Origin: Psychrobacter sp. DM4
GTDB taxonomy: Bacteria; Pseudomonadota; Gammaproteobacteria; Pseudomonadales; Moraxellaceae
DNA: 32,000 bases
Direction: 5' to 3'
Assembly (NCBI RefSeq): GCF_051307035.1
Contig: NZ_CP195536.1
Span: 480,001-512,000 of the forward strand
The notes under the pieces were generated by a model. It did no database searches. It worked only from the letters and a program-made list of their open reading frames with translations, and was not told the origin of the DNA. How positions within the stretch are numbered: the first letter of the stretch is position 1; each line of letters opens with the position of its first letter. Below, one piece after another: positions 1-8,803 of the stretch. Made by a program: the position numbers and the translations under genes.

Positions 1-146
1 GCTTTGATATCCAATGGAATTTGAGCGTAGCTATTAGCAGATTGATGAGAACGCTGATTGGCAACCAATTGCGCTGCAAGTGAGGCACTATCAGTCTCTA
101 TCATCTGTCCATCTACCAAAGGTAATCCTTCACGAATCTTTACCAT
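1..146 (-). CDS. relA: 5' end of a gene running off the left edge; probable GTP pyrophosphokinase RelA N-terminus
   Basis: ATG at 146-144 is preceded by a strong SD (GGAGGG, complement of 151-156). The frame stays open to position 1 and reads MVKIREGLPLVDGQMIETDSASLAAQLVANQRSH... The MV-x-hydrophobic-R start resembles E. coli RelA (MVAVRS...). Its position directly downstream of rlmD matches the rlmD-relA synteny of E. coli and Pseudomonas. Only 48 codons are visible. Confidence 0.5.
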   Translation of the reverse strand, partial: MVKIREGLPLVDGQMIETDSASLAAQLVANQRSHQSANSYAQIPLDIK

Positions 147-252
147 AGCTCCCTCCTTTTCGCAATCTTCATACAGTATCTAACCCTGTTCACTTGCGCA
201 CGTTATAATAAACATATTGCTTTTTACTTGTAACAAATAAGTCCTAAATAAG

Positions 253-280
253 AACAGCTGCCAAAACACTAGCAGCTGTT
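253..280 (-). terminator. 9-bp perfect hairpin in the rlmD-relA spacer; possible weak terminator or attenuator
   Basis: AACAGCTGC (253-261) pairs with GCAGCTGTT (272-280) around a 10-nt loop. On the minus strand it is followed by CTTATTT, which is only a weak U-tract. Confidence 0.3.
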
Positions 281-463
281 ATCGAGACCACAATACTGAT
301 ATTAGAGTTAATTACAGTAACGACCGCTTCTCATTTGCCTTGGAAACTATACTTCTTATTAAACATATGTTTTATAGTTATTATACTTAGTTTCTCACTT
401 TAACGCTACGATACAAGAAGGTCTCTGTAAGGAAAATAAAGTCAAACGTAACGTAGCATTAGT

Positions 464-2017
464 CTAAATTTTTTCAAAACGTGCGATAGATTCGACGTGA
501 CCGGTATGACAGAACATGTCCATTACCCCTGCATGGGTGAGTCGATAACCCTGCTCAAGTAGCGCTTTGGTATCGCGCGCGAGCGTTGCTGGGTTGCATG
601 ACACATAGACAATACGCTCAGCATTGAACTTCGGTAGATATTGCATAATTTCCCAAGCGCCAGAGCGCGGCGGATCGATAAGCAAAGCATCAAAACCTTG
701 ATTGGCCCAAGGCTTATCGGTGCAATCTTGTGTTAGATCTTGAGCATAGAACTGAGTATTATTTATTCCATTACGGCGCGCATTGTCGGCTGCGCGCGCC
801 GTCATCGCATCGCTGCCCTCGACACCAACGACCGTGCCGCTCGATCCAACCAAACGCGCTAACGGCAAGCTGAAGTTACCAAGTCCACTAAACAAGTCCA
901 ATACGCGCTCGCCCGCTTTTAAGTCCAACAAGTCGCAAGCCAATTTAGTCATTTGACGATTGACTGAGAGGTTCACTTGAGTGAAGTCCGTTGGGATAAA
1001 CTCAAAGGTGAGATCGTACTCAGGTAGCTCATAATATAGACGACCAAACTGCTCGCTCAGATCGTCTTTATCCGTTAAGGCGATACGCTCGATAGTATCG
1101 ACGCCTTTAGATTGCAAATATAGCTGCCAGTTACGCGCTGCAAAAAAATCTTTGAGCTTATCGATATCACTAGTGGATAGAGGCTCTAGGTTGCGCACAA
1201 TCAAAGCAACGGGTTGATCTCCATCAGGCAACTCTGGCAGATATTCGCCCATTGCTAGCTCTAGCTGAGCGATTTTGTCGCGGCTCTCAAGCGTGCTAAT
1301 CAACGCTTTTAGGTTCTCAATTTCAAAACCAATGCGCGGATCTAGAATATGACATTCATTCAGCTCTGCTAAAAAATTACTGGAGCGTTCTCGAAAACCT
1401 ACTAGTGCCGTTTGTTTTTTGACCACATAACGTACGCCCAATCTTGCTTTGGTACGGTAGCCAAGCCTATCGCCAACTATAGGATCAAGCCAATGCTCAG
1501 GAGCGGTATTAGCCTGATGCATAAGCATCTCAGCAAGAACCGACTGCTTGAAGCTAATCTGCGCACCAGGCTGCCAGTGTTGCAAGTTGCAACCACCGCA
1601 GACACCAAAATGCGGGCACGGCGGCACGGCGCGCTCAATGTTAGGATTCGTAGTTACTTTGATCGCGTCCCCCTCTTCAAAGCTGGCGCGACTATTGGTG
1701 AGTTTTACCTCTACTTGCTCTCCTGGTAGTGCAAAGCTGACAAAGACTTTTTTGCCGTGCTTATCTAGCGCGTGACCTTGCTGCTCATCAAAGCCATTAC
1801 CGTATATAGCGACGCCGCGGCCGTCATGAGATAGTCCATCGATAGTGAAGGGTAGTGGCTCAGCTTCTTTTAGACGCCGACGGGTTTTGGTTGAGGGTTT
1901 GGACTTTTTCTTATTAGGCGGTACCGTAATGGTTTTGGCCGTGCCATCACTTGACGTATGATTGGCTATGTTTTGAGTATTGTGCTTATGTAGAGGTTGA
2001 GAATCGGTGGGTTGCAT
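464..2017 (-). CDS. rlmD: 23S rRNA (uracil1939-C5)-methyltransferase RlmD (RumA)
   Basis: A TRAM-like N-domain is followed by the Fe-S cysteine cluster [14 protein letters not shown] plus a later Cys. The SAM MTase motifs DLFSGLGNF and DPPRSG and the nucleophile motif VSCNPAT are present. An SD (AAGGCAGG) lies upstream of the ATG. A basic N-terminal extension of about 60 aa is absent from E. coli RlmD. Confidence 0.92.
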   Translation of the reverse strand: MQPTDSQPLHKHNTQNIANHTSSDGTAKTITVPPNKKKSKPSTKTRRRLKEAEPLPFTIDGLSHDGRGVAIYGNGFDEQQGHALDKHGKKVFVSFALPGEQVEVKLTNSRASFEEGDAIKVTTNPNIERAVPPCPHFGVCGGCNLQHWQPGAQISFKQSVLAEMLMHQANTAPEHWLDPIVGDRLGYRTKARLGVRYVVKKQTALVGFRERSSNFLAELNECHILDPRIGFEIENLKALISTLESRDKIAQLELAMGEYLPELPDGDQPVALIVRNLEPLSTSDIDKLKDFFAARNWQLYLQSKGVDTIERIALTDKDDLSEQFGRLYYELPEYDLTFEFIPTDFTQVNLSVNRQMTKLACDLLDLKAGERVLDLFSGLGNFSLPLARLVGSSGTVVGVEGSDAMTARAADNARRNGINNTQFYAQDLTQDCTDKPWANQGFDALLIDPPRSGAWEIMQYLPKFNAERIVYVSCNPATLARDTKALLEQGYRLTHAGVMDMFCHTGHVESIARFEKI

Positions 2018-2051
2018 AAACCTGCCTTAGCAATAAAGAGTAAAAGAGAAG

Positions 2052-2870
2052 TTATAAAGTGTTTGACCAATCAGCAATAAATGAATCGTGGCGTAAGCTG
2101 CCATCGGCATGTTGCAAAGTGCTAAGGTAGTCGCGGCTGCGCTCTTGCCATTCGGCAAATCCTTGTGAGGATAATTGTCCCGTTAGACGCAGCCAACGCA
2201 AGTAAATAAGCCAGGTGTTCATCACATCAGACTCACAATAGGTGGAGAGCGTTTGCCAGTCTTGATTGGCAACGAGCGCACCGACCATACTACCATCAAC
2301 GTCAGTTTTGCCAGGCAAACCATAGAGGCTAGCGACGACATCCATCGCTTCGCGACGACTGGCGCCGTACTGACTAAATCTGTCCATCAAGTCTAAGTGA
2401 CGGGTCTGAAAACGATTGACATAATTATTAAAACGCATGTTTTTGATACGCTCGCCTTCTTCAAATAGCCATGGCGCTGATAGATCATACTGCATAGCGC
2501 GGTAAATGAGGACAGGAATATCGAACCCAGAACCATTCCAGCTAATGAGCTGCGGCAGCGTCTCTATCTCACTAAAAGCGCGAAAAAACTTGGCCAAAAT
2601 GTCTTTTTCGCTGAATTTGTCAGCGCTGAGCGAAAATAAGGAGAACTGCTCACCTTTGATATACAACGCTGAGATACAAACAATGCGCTGAAGGGGCAAG
2701 CGCATAAAGTCATGACCTGCTTCTTGCATGCGAATGGACTGAAGTGCACTCATAGCATCGCTGTCACTTAGATCAGCGAGCTGCGGGTAGATGCGGCGAG
2801 CAGCATCCGTATCGGCTACTGTCTCGATATCGAAAACAAGTACGGGGTTTGATGGTAGAGCTTGAGTCAT
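2052..2870 (-). CDS. stand-alone DEDDy 3'-5' exonuclease related to the PolB exonuclease domain (COG3298-like)
   Basis: Exo I (VFDIETV), Exo II (WNGSGFDIPVL) and Exo III (YCESDVMNT) motifs occur in the correct order. An SD (AGGATG) is present. The gene is tightly packed between cysM and rlmD on the same strand. Confidence 0.75.
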   Translation of the reverse strand: MTQALPSNPVLVFDIETVADTDAARRIYPQLADLSDSDAMSALQSIRMQEAGHDFMRLPLQRIVCISALYIKGEQFSLFSLSADKFSEKDILAKFFRAFSEIETLPQLISWNGSGFDIPVLIYRAMQYDLSAPWLFEEGERIKNMRFNNYVNRFQTRHLDLMDRFSQYGASRREAMDVVASLYGLPGKTDVDGSMVGALVANQDWQTLSTYCESDVMNTWLIYLRWLRLTGQLSSQGFAEWQERSRDYLSTLQHADGSLRHDSFIADWSNTL

Positions 2871-2933
2871 AATACATCCTAAGGAGTCATCTCAATATTC
2901 GCGCAGTGTGTAGGTTTGGGCGCTAAGTCTCAA

Positions 2934-3869
2934 CTACTGGCTATCACTGTCATCGACACTATACAGGCCAGTAGACAAATAACGATCACCTCGGTCGCAG
3001 ACGATAAAGGCAATGACCGCGTCAGGATTATCCTTGGCCACCTGCACAGCCGCCCATGCTGCTGCACCCGATGATACACCGGCAAAGATACCCTCTAGCC
3101 TAGCGAGCTTACGCATGTAGATCTCAGCGATATTCTGATCGATATCCATGACCTCATCGACCAAATCTGCGTCATATATGCCTGGCATGTAGGCGGCAGG
3201 CCAGCGGCGAATACCAGCGATAGAGGCCTCTTCATCAGGCTGTAACCCAATAATTTTGATATCCGGATTTTGCTCTTTTAGATACTTTGATACCCCAGTG
3301 ATCGTACCAGTTGTGCCCATGGAGCTGATAAAGTGGGTAATTTTACCCTCGGTTTGTGTCCATAATTCGGGCCCTGTAGTGAGGTAGTGCGCTTGGCTAT
3401 TGTCAGGATTGTTGAATTGATCTAATACGATCCCTTGACCGTTTGCCTGCATTTGCATGGCTAAATCACGCGCCGCCTCCATACCTTCATCCACATTAAT
3501 CAACGTCGCACCATAAGCGAGCATAGCGTCTTTGCGCTCTTGTGTTGAGTTGGTTGGCATCAGCAACGTTATCGGATAGCCGCGCATGGCTGCCACCATA
3601 GCGAGCGCAATACCCGTATTACCACTCGTCGCCTCAATAAGCATATCACCAGGTTTGATATCACCGCGCATTTGCGCTTGATAAATCATATTAAAAGCGG
3701 GGCGGTCTTTGACAGAACCTGCTGGGTTGTTGCCTTCAAGCTTACCCAAAAGCTGCGCCCCATTGATGATGTTTTCTTGTTCTGGAAGACGTTGTAATTT
3801 GACCAAAGGTGTCTGTCCGACGCAATCGGCTAAAGTGGCAATCTGAGTGATAAAGGGTGTAGACGACAT
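2934..3869 (-). CDS. cysM: cysteine synthase B (O-acetylserine sulfhydrylase B)
   Basis: The protein is collinear end to end with E. coli CysM as I recall it: TPLVKLQR, LEGNNPAGSVKDRPA (PLP lysine), ATSGNTGIALAM, SSMGTTGTITG, CDRGDRYLSTG. An SD (GAGGA) is present. Confidence 0.92.
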   Translation of the reverse strand: MSSTPFITQIATLADCVGQTPLVKLQRLPEQENIINGAQLLGKLEGNNPAGSVKDRPAFNMIYQAQMRGDIKPGDMLIEATSGNTGIALAMVAAMRGYPITLLMPTNSTQERKDAMLAYGATLINVDEGMEAARDLAMQMQANGQGIVLDQFNNPDNSQAHYLTTGPELWTQTEGKITHFISSMGTTGTITGVSKYLKEQNPDIKIIGLQPDEEASIAGIRRWPAAYMPGIYDADLVDEVMDIDQNIAEIYMRKLARLEGIFAGVSSGAAAWAAVQVAKDNPDAVIAFIVCDRGDRYLSTGLYSVDDSDSQ

Positions 3870-4167
3870 AAGGCATCCTCGTTTATTTTTAGATAAGACA
3901 GTAACTGCTTTACAAATTATAGCTGATCATTGATGGACGAAAGAGGATCAAAGGCAGCTGATAAAAAGTGGCCTTATTATACCATTTTGTGTCTGTTGAC
4001 GCTTATGGCATCGACGTCTATCTGTAAACAGCGATGAGCAAACATGGAGCATGCAGCGATAACCTCTGTTATGATAAATACTGCTAAAATACGTAACCTA
4101 TTTATGCGGTTGAGCTTTATAGTTTACACATCGGATAAGTTCGTACGACAACGGAGTCAAGCTAAGC

Positions 4168-7100
4168 ATGGTACAAAAAAACCTTTTTAATACCAGTAGC
4201 GCTTATGGTCAATTAATCATTTTGGTGTTTCTACCAATATGTGTGTTAGCAGTAGTGGGCGGCCTTTTGGTGTTCACTGAGACCATGCGAGCGAGCGACT
4301 CAGAGCAAGAGGCTTTGGCTGAGGCGGTTCTTATTCGCTACAAACCTATGGTTGGCGACCTTGTTCCTGATTTATTGATGCAAAAAAATCAGTCATCAAA
4401 TACGGAAACTGCGTCACAAGAGGTAGTAGCGGCCTTGGGTATCATCCGCGAAAAGCTCAGTCAGATGCAATCGGATCAGCATGTACAACGCATAGCTATC
4501 GTCGATGAAAACAATGATATCTTGGAGACTGTAGGATACGGGATAGAGGAGTCATGGCCTGCTATTGATATTACAAAGGACTTTTTATCGCCGCAGTCAT
4601 CATCCATTGGTACGGTTTATGGCAGCTTACTAGGTAGTTTTGAGGGACAAAAAATGTGGCTGCTAGTCGATATGGACAACGAACCGCTCTATATCGCGCG
4701 TTATCGTATCGCTATGGCTTTGGCAATTACTGGGCTGTTTACGATTTTGATATTGTTACTGACTCTAAATATCTATGCCAAGCGCTGGATTGCGCCTATT
4801 TACGAGCTACGCTTACAGCTTCAGCGGACTCAGGTCGATAATCTATATAAACCCGTACTAGTGGAATCTGATGGTGAGCTCAATTTGTTACAACAGGACT
4901 TGGTGAGGACGCTACGCCGTTTGCACTCAAGCTTTCAAGAATTAAAAGATCACGCTGAGCAAACCGAAGATGACTTGCGTCTAGCTTTTGATGAGATGGA
5001 GATGCAGAATATCTCGATTCGAAATGCACGGGATGCGGCGATCTCGACAAGCCAAGCGAAGTCAGCGTTTTTGGCCAATATTAGTCATGAGCTACGCACG
5101 CCACTCAATAGTATTGATGGCTTTATTAATTTATTAGCCCGTCATGGCGAGCTCAATACGGAGCAAGATCTATACGTCCAAACTATCCGAAAATCATCAG
5201 CCCACTTGCTCGCTTTGGTTCATGATGTATTGGATTTTTCAAAAATAGAGGCCGGTAAGCTTGTCCTCGATTGTCATGAGTTTGACCTCTATAGTACTGT
5301 TTATGACGTGGTCGATATGCTCTCACCTGTAGCCTCTGAAAAAGGTCTACGCATGGCCGTGCTGTTTTACAACGATGTGCCAATGAGTATCAATGGCGAT
5401 GCGCTCCGTCTCAAGCAAATTTTGACCAATATCGTCGGTAATGCTATTAAGTTCACTGACAGTGGCGATGTGGTCGTGCGTGTCAGCTTAGATGATAACC
5501 GAGATAATTATCTGATCATCAGCGTACAAGATAGTGGTAAGGGCATCTCTGAGACCGATCAAAAGATGCTGTTTCAAAGCTTTAGTCAAGGTGATCCCTC
5601 TATCACTCGTCAATATGGCGGAACAGGCTTGGGCCTTGTGATATCTAAGCAGCTGACCCGACTGATGGGCGGTGATATTGGGTTCTATGATAATGCGCAA
5701 GAAAATATTGCAAATACAGGCGCCACATTTTGGTTTCGAATGCCCGCACATATTGATGTACTAGAAGCAGTAGCACAGCAAGCGGTAGATTTACCGATAT
5801 TGGCACCGCTGGCGAGCGTTCACGATGAATTTAATGTTTTGGTTTGGCTCAATCATGTCGCTTCAAGACAAGTCCTAAAATCCAGCCTGCAAAGTTTGCC
5901 GATCAAGCTGGTACAAGCCAATTCATTGCCAGGCGTTCTTGAATCCCTAAAAGAGCAGGGCAACTATTGGGACTGGGTTATCGTTGATGATGATACTCAA
6001 GATGACATGATGGCGCTACTCAAACAGATCCGCTTGCATTATCAAGGAAAACTTGCAGTATTTGGCTATCAAGTTGCTGCTGATAAAGCGCTCTTAAATC
6101 GCTATCAAGCCAACATATTATACGAGCCACTAGATAAACGTCAGCTTTATACTATGCTCGATACACGCAAACGTCATGCTCCTGAAAAAGTCAAAGAGCT
6201 GCGCTGGACAGGCATGACCGTACTGGCAGTCGACGATCATTTGCCTAATCTATTGGTGTTAGATGCACTCCTTAGTGAGCTTGGTATTCACGTTGTGACA
6301 GCCAATAGTGGTTTTGATGCTATAGAGATTATTAGTAAACAACAAACCTCGATGGAACACACAAAACCACTTAAACAAAGTTTGTACAACAAAACTCAGG
6401 CATCAAAAGCTGAGAGCCGTGGTACAAAAACTAAGAGTTCAGTGGCGGCGATTGAGGGTAATAGACAAGATAAAATAGAAGAGGCGCACAAACAGCATAT
6501 CGATTTGATATTTATGGATATTCAAATGCCGCGCATGTCAGGACGTGAAGCTGCCGCGCAAATTCGTAATATTGAGAACTCTGATAGTCGTATTCCTATT
6601 ATCGCACTGACGGCTCATGGATTAGCTGATGAGCGCGAGCAGCTGATCGCAAGTGGTATTGATGACTATGTCGGTAAACCTATTAGCCAGCCGCAACTAC
6701 TACAAGTACTTCAAAAATGGCTTGGACGAACGACAATGCCTATGGATCCGATGATGGCGACTGAAGATAAAGAGGGTGACCATGAGTATGGTGCCGGCAT
6801 TGGTAATGACACAGGCGATCATGCGCTAAGCGCATTGAAGCCACTTGATGACAATCGAGCGCAAAGTCATGACCGAAATACGACTGCTTTGACGATGGAT
6901 ACAGCAGAGACAAGAATGGAGCGGCCTTTATCACTCAAAAAAATCCGCGATGACTATTTGCAAGACGGTCAGATTCAAGGTAATAAAGGTGATCGTGAAC
7001 GCGCCTACAAAAACGACTCAGAATACAGACACACTTCTAATAATAAGTTCATATCGACCACCATGCTTGCAACTAAGTTACGCTATCAAGATAGCCACAA

Positions 7101-7650
7101 GCCCTTTACAAAATCCTCCTTTGTAAAACCGCCCTTTGTTCAAACTGCATATCAGAACGTTTTTCAACAAGAAACGTCTGCTTTGACTACCATACCTAGT
7201 GCAAATGACAGCGGTAGTACTGCATCAGATCCAACCGAAAATTCGAACATTTTTGATTGGCAAGACGCACTGACGCGATCAGCGCATAAACCTGAGCTGG
7301 CCGCTAAGCTCATCACTATGATGCTCGATGCTATTGATGACGAAAAAAAGGCATTGGCCAAAGCATGGCACACCCATGATCGCAATATGCTAGGGCAGAT
7401 TGCCCATCGAATATTAGGCGCTAGTCGCTACACCGGCGTGCCGCAGCTGCGTCAGGCCAGCCAAGATTTAGAGGATAAGTGCCTACTGAATGTGCAACAT
7501 ACTACGCCTGCCCAACTTGCCATGCTGGCCCCTTATTATGAGGCATTAATAGACGCATTGAACAACTTACAGACCCTTGATTTGTCTTCTTATTCGCAAT
7601 TAAATTATCATCGTTTGAGCGAAAATGATATGACTTGGAAAATGATATAG
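4168..7650 (+). CDS. gacS: hybrid sensor histidine kinase/response regulator of the GacS/BarA type (TM-periplasmic-TM, HAMP, HisKA, HATPase, REC, HPt)
   Basis: Two TM helices (LIILVFLPICVLAVVGGLLVF and IAMALAITGLFTILILLLTL) flank a segment of about 140 aa. The H-box SHELRTPLN has its His codon at 5086-5088. N, G1 and G2 boxes are present (NAIKFT, DSGKGI, GGTGLGL). The receiver carries DD at 6232-6237 and the phospho-Asp in FMDIQMP at 6517-6519. The HPt motif HRILGASRYTG has its His at 7405-7407. The gene is divergent from cysM, as described for Pseudomonas lemA/gacS. Confidence 0.88.
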   Translation: MVQKNLFNTSSAYGQLIILVFLPICVLAVVGGLLVFTETMRASDSEQEALAEAVLIRYKPMVGDLVPDLLMQKNQSSNTETASQEVVAALGIIREKLSQMQSDQHVQRIAIVDENNDILETVGYGIEESWPAIDITKDFLSPQSSSIGTVYGSLLGSFEGQKMWLLVDMDNEPLYIARYRIAMALAITGLFTILILLLTLNIYAKRWIAPIYELRLQLQRTQVDNLYKPVLVESDGELNLLQQDLVRTLRRLHSSFQELKDHAEQTEDDLRLAFDEMEMQNISIRNARDAAISTSQAKSAFLANISHELRTPLNSIDGFINLLARHGELNTEQDLYVQTIRKSSAHLLALVHDVLDFSKIEAGKLVLDCHEFDLYSTVYDVVDMLSPVASEKGLRMAVLFYNDVPMSINGDALRLKQILTNIVGNAIKFTDSGDVVVRVSLDDNRDNYLIISVQDSGKGISETDQKMLFQSFSQGDPSITRQYGGTGLGLVISKQLTRLMGGDIGFYDNAQENIANTGATFWFRMPAHIDVLEAVAQQAVDLPILAPLASVHDEFNVLVWLNHVASRQVLKSSLQSLPIKLVQANSLPGVLESLKEQGNYWDWVIVDDDTQDDMMALLKQIRLHYQGKLAVFGYQVAADKALLNRYQANILYEPLDKRQLYTMLDTRKRHAPEKVKELRWTGMTVLAVDDHLPNLLVLDALLSELGIHVVTANSGFDAIEIISKQQTSMEHTKPLKQSLYNKTQASKAESRGTKTKSSVAAIEGNRQDKIEEAHKQHIDLIFMDIQMPRMSGREAAAQIRNIENSDSRIPIIALTAHGLADEREQLIASGIDDYVGKPISQPQLLQVLQKWLGRTTMPMDPMMATEDKEGDHEYGAGIGNDTGDHALSALKPLDDNRAQSHDRNTTALTMDTAETRMERPLSLKKIRDDYLQDGQIQGNKGDRERAYKNDSEYRHTSNNKFISTTMLATKLRYQDSHKPFTKSSFVKPPFVQTAYQNVFQQETSALTTIPSANDSGSTASDPTENSNIFDWQDALTRSAHKPELAAKLITMMLDAIDDEKKALAKAWHTHDRNMLGQIAHRILGASRYTGVPQLRQASQDLEDKCLLNVQHTTPAQLAMLAPYYEALIDALNNLQTLDLSSYSQLNYHRLSENDMTWKMI

Positions 7651-7760
7651 TATGACACTCAAGGTCAGTTGCCGCGCTAACAACGTACTGGCAACCTTGC
7701 TATCATAGGATCTATTCGTTCTAGCCTTTTGACCCTTGCTATCCATTATTAAGGATGATT

Positions 7761-8573
7761 ATGCACGCCATCACTGCTCATCAATACAAAGCGCTACAAT
7801 TAAGCGTGACCCAAGACATACTGACCGTCACGCTCAATCGACCTCACAAAAAGAATGCTTTGAGTTTTGCGCTCATCAAAGAGCTTATCAAAGTAGCTGA
7901 GCGTATTGGCAAAGACAAGAGCTTACGCGCCGTTATCATTGATGGCGCTGAAGGAACGTTCTGTGCTGGTATTGATTTAAGTGATTTGAACAATCCTAAG
8001 AATCGAGCTTATGCGTTTTGGGAACTAATTAAACCTTGGCAAAGCTTATTTCAGCGTGTGTGCCTAGTTTGGCGTGAAGTACCTATCCCAGTCATTGCCG
8101 TATTAGAAGGTCATTGTATAGGCGCCGGGCTACAGCTAGCATTAGCTTGTGATATTCGTGTCAGTCATCCTGACTGTAAACTATCTATTATGGAGGCTAA
8201 GTGGGGGCTAGTGCCCGATATGGGCTTAAGCCAATCAGCATTCGGCGTGGTACGTGCAGACATACTCAAAGAGCTGGCGATGAGCGCACGTCTTATCGAT
8301 GCGGTCGAGGGCGAAACGCTAGGTTTGATCACTCACTGTAGCAATGAGCCTTTTGAGCATGCTAAAAGATTGGCCGCAGAGTTTGCTGAGCGCTCACCTG
8401 ATGCGGTGCTCGCAAGTAAACGCGTTATCAATGCGATGCATCAGCAGCCTGCCACTACATTGTATAAAGAAAAAGTATGGCAAGTTAAAGTTATGCTAGG
8501 TCGCAATCGTAAGCTTGCCCTAAAAAAAGCCAAAGATGCTAGTGTTACTTTTGCCAAGCGTCAGTTTAGGTAA
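7761..8573 (+). CDS. enoyl-CoA hydratase/isomerase (crotonase) family protein
   Basis: Crotonase oxyanion-hole motifs GAEGTFCAGIDL and EGHCIGAGLQLALACDIR are present. I place the start at the second ATG (7761) because the SD AAGGA (7751-7755) overlaps the first ATG at 7755. The substrate is not assignable. Confidence 0.85.
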   Translation: MHAITAHQYKALQLSVTQDILTVTLNRPHKKNALSFALIKELIKVAERIGKDKSLRAVIIDGAEGTFCAGIDLSDLNNPKNRAYAFWELIKPWQSLFQRVCLVWREVPIPVIAVLEGHCIGAGLQLALACDIRVSHPDCKLSIMEAKWGLVPDMGLSQSAFGVVRADILKELAMSARLIDAVEGETLGLITHCSNEPFEHAKRLAAEFAERSPDAVLASKRVINAMHQQPATTLYKEKVWQVKVMLGRNRKLALKKAKDASVTFAKRQFR

Positions 8574-8702
8574 TAGCTTTTTATTCATTGAGAACCAATA
8601 CCTCACAGCACTCTGTGTTCTATAGACATATGCCTTTACTTTATGTTTTATAATATCTTATAAGCGTATATTGTCATCAATTCTTTCTACCTATTGAAAT
8701 AC

Positions 8703-8742
8703 CAGCAGACAGTGCGATATAGCACTGTCTGCTGTCTTATTT
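8703..8742 (+). terminator. rho-independent terminator-like hairpin downstream of the crotonase gene
   Basis: A perfect 13-bp stem pairs CAGCAGACAGTGC (8703-8715) with GCACTGTCTGCTG (8722-8734) around a 6-nt loop. It is followed by TCTTATTTGT. Confidence 0.5.
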
Positions 8743-8803
8743 GTGCATTTTGACGCACGACATCATTCGCCTTAATTATTTTATTTAATCATACGGTCTT
8801 GCC

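Noticed and set aside
204-209. Perfect TATAAT hexamer on the plus strand in the rlmD-relA spacer
   Set aside because: There is no acceptable -35 at 16-18 bp spacing and no plus-strand gene downstream. It is expected by chance in AT-rich spacer DNA.
1412-1775. Plus-strand ORFs 1412..1729 and 1548..1775 inside rlmD
   Set aside because: They lie antisense to a gene with unambiguous RlmD motifs. Their products are low-complexity with no motif and no SD. They are typical shadow ORFs.
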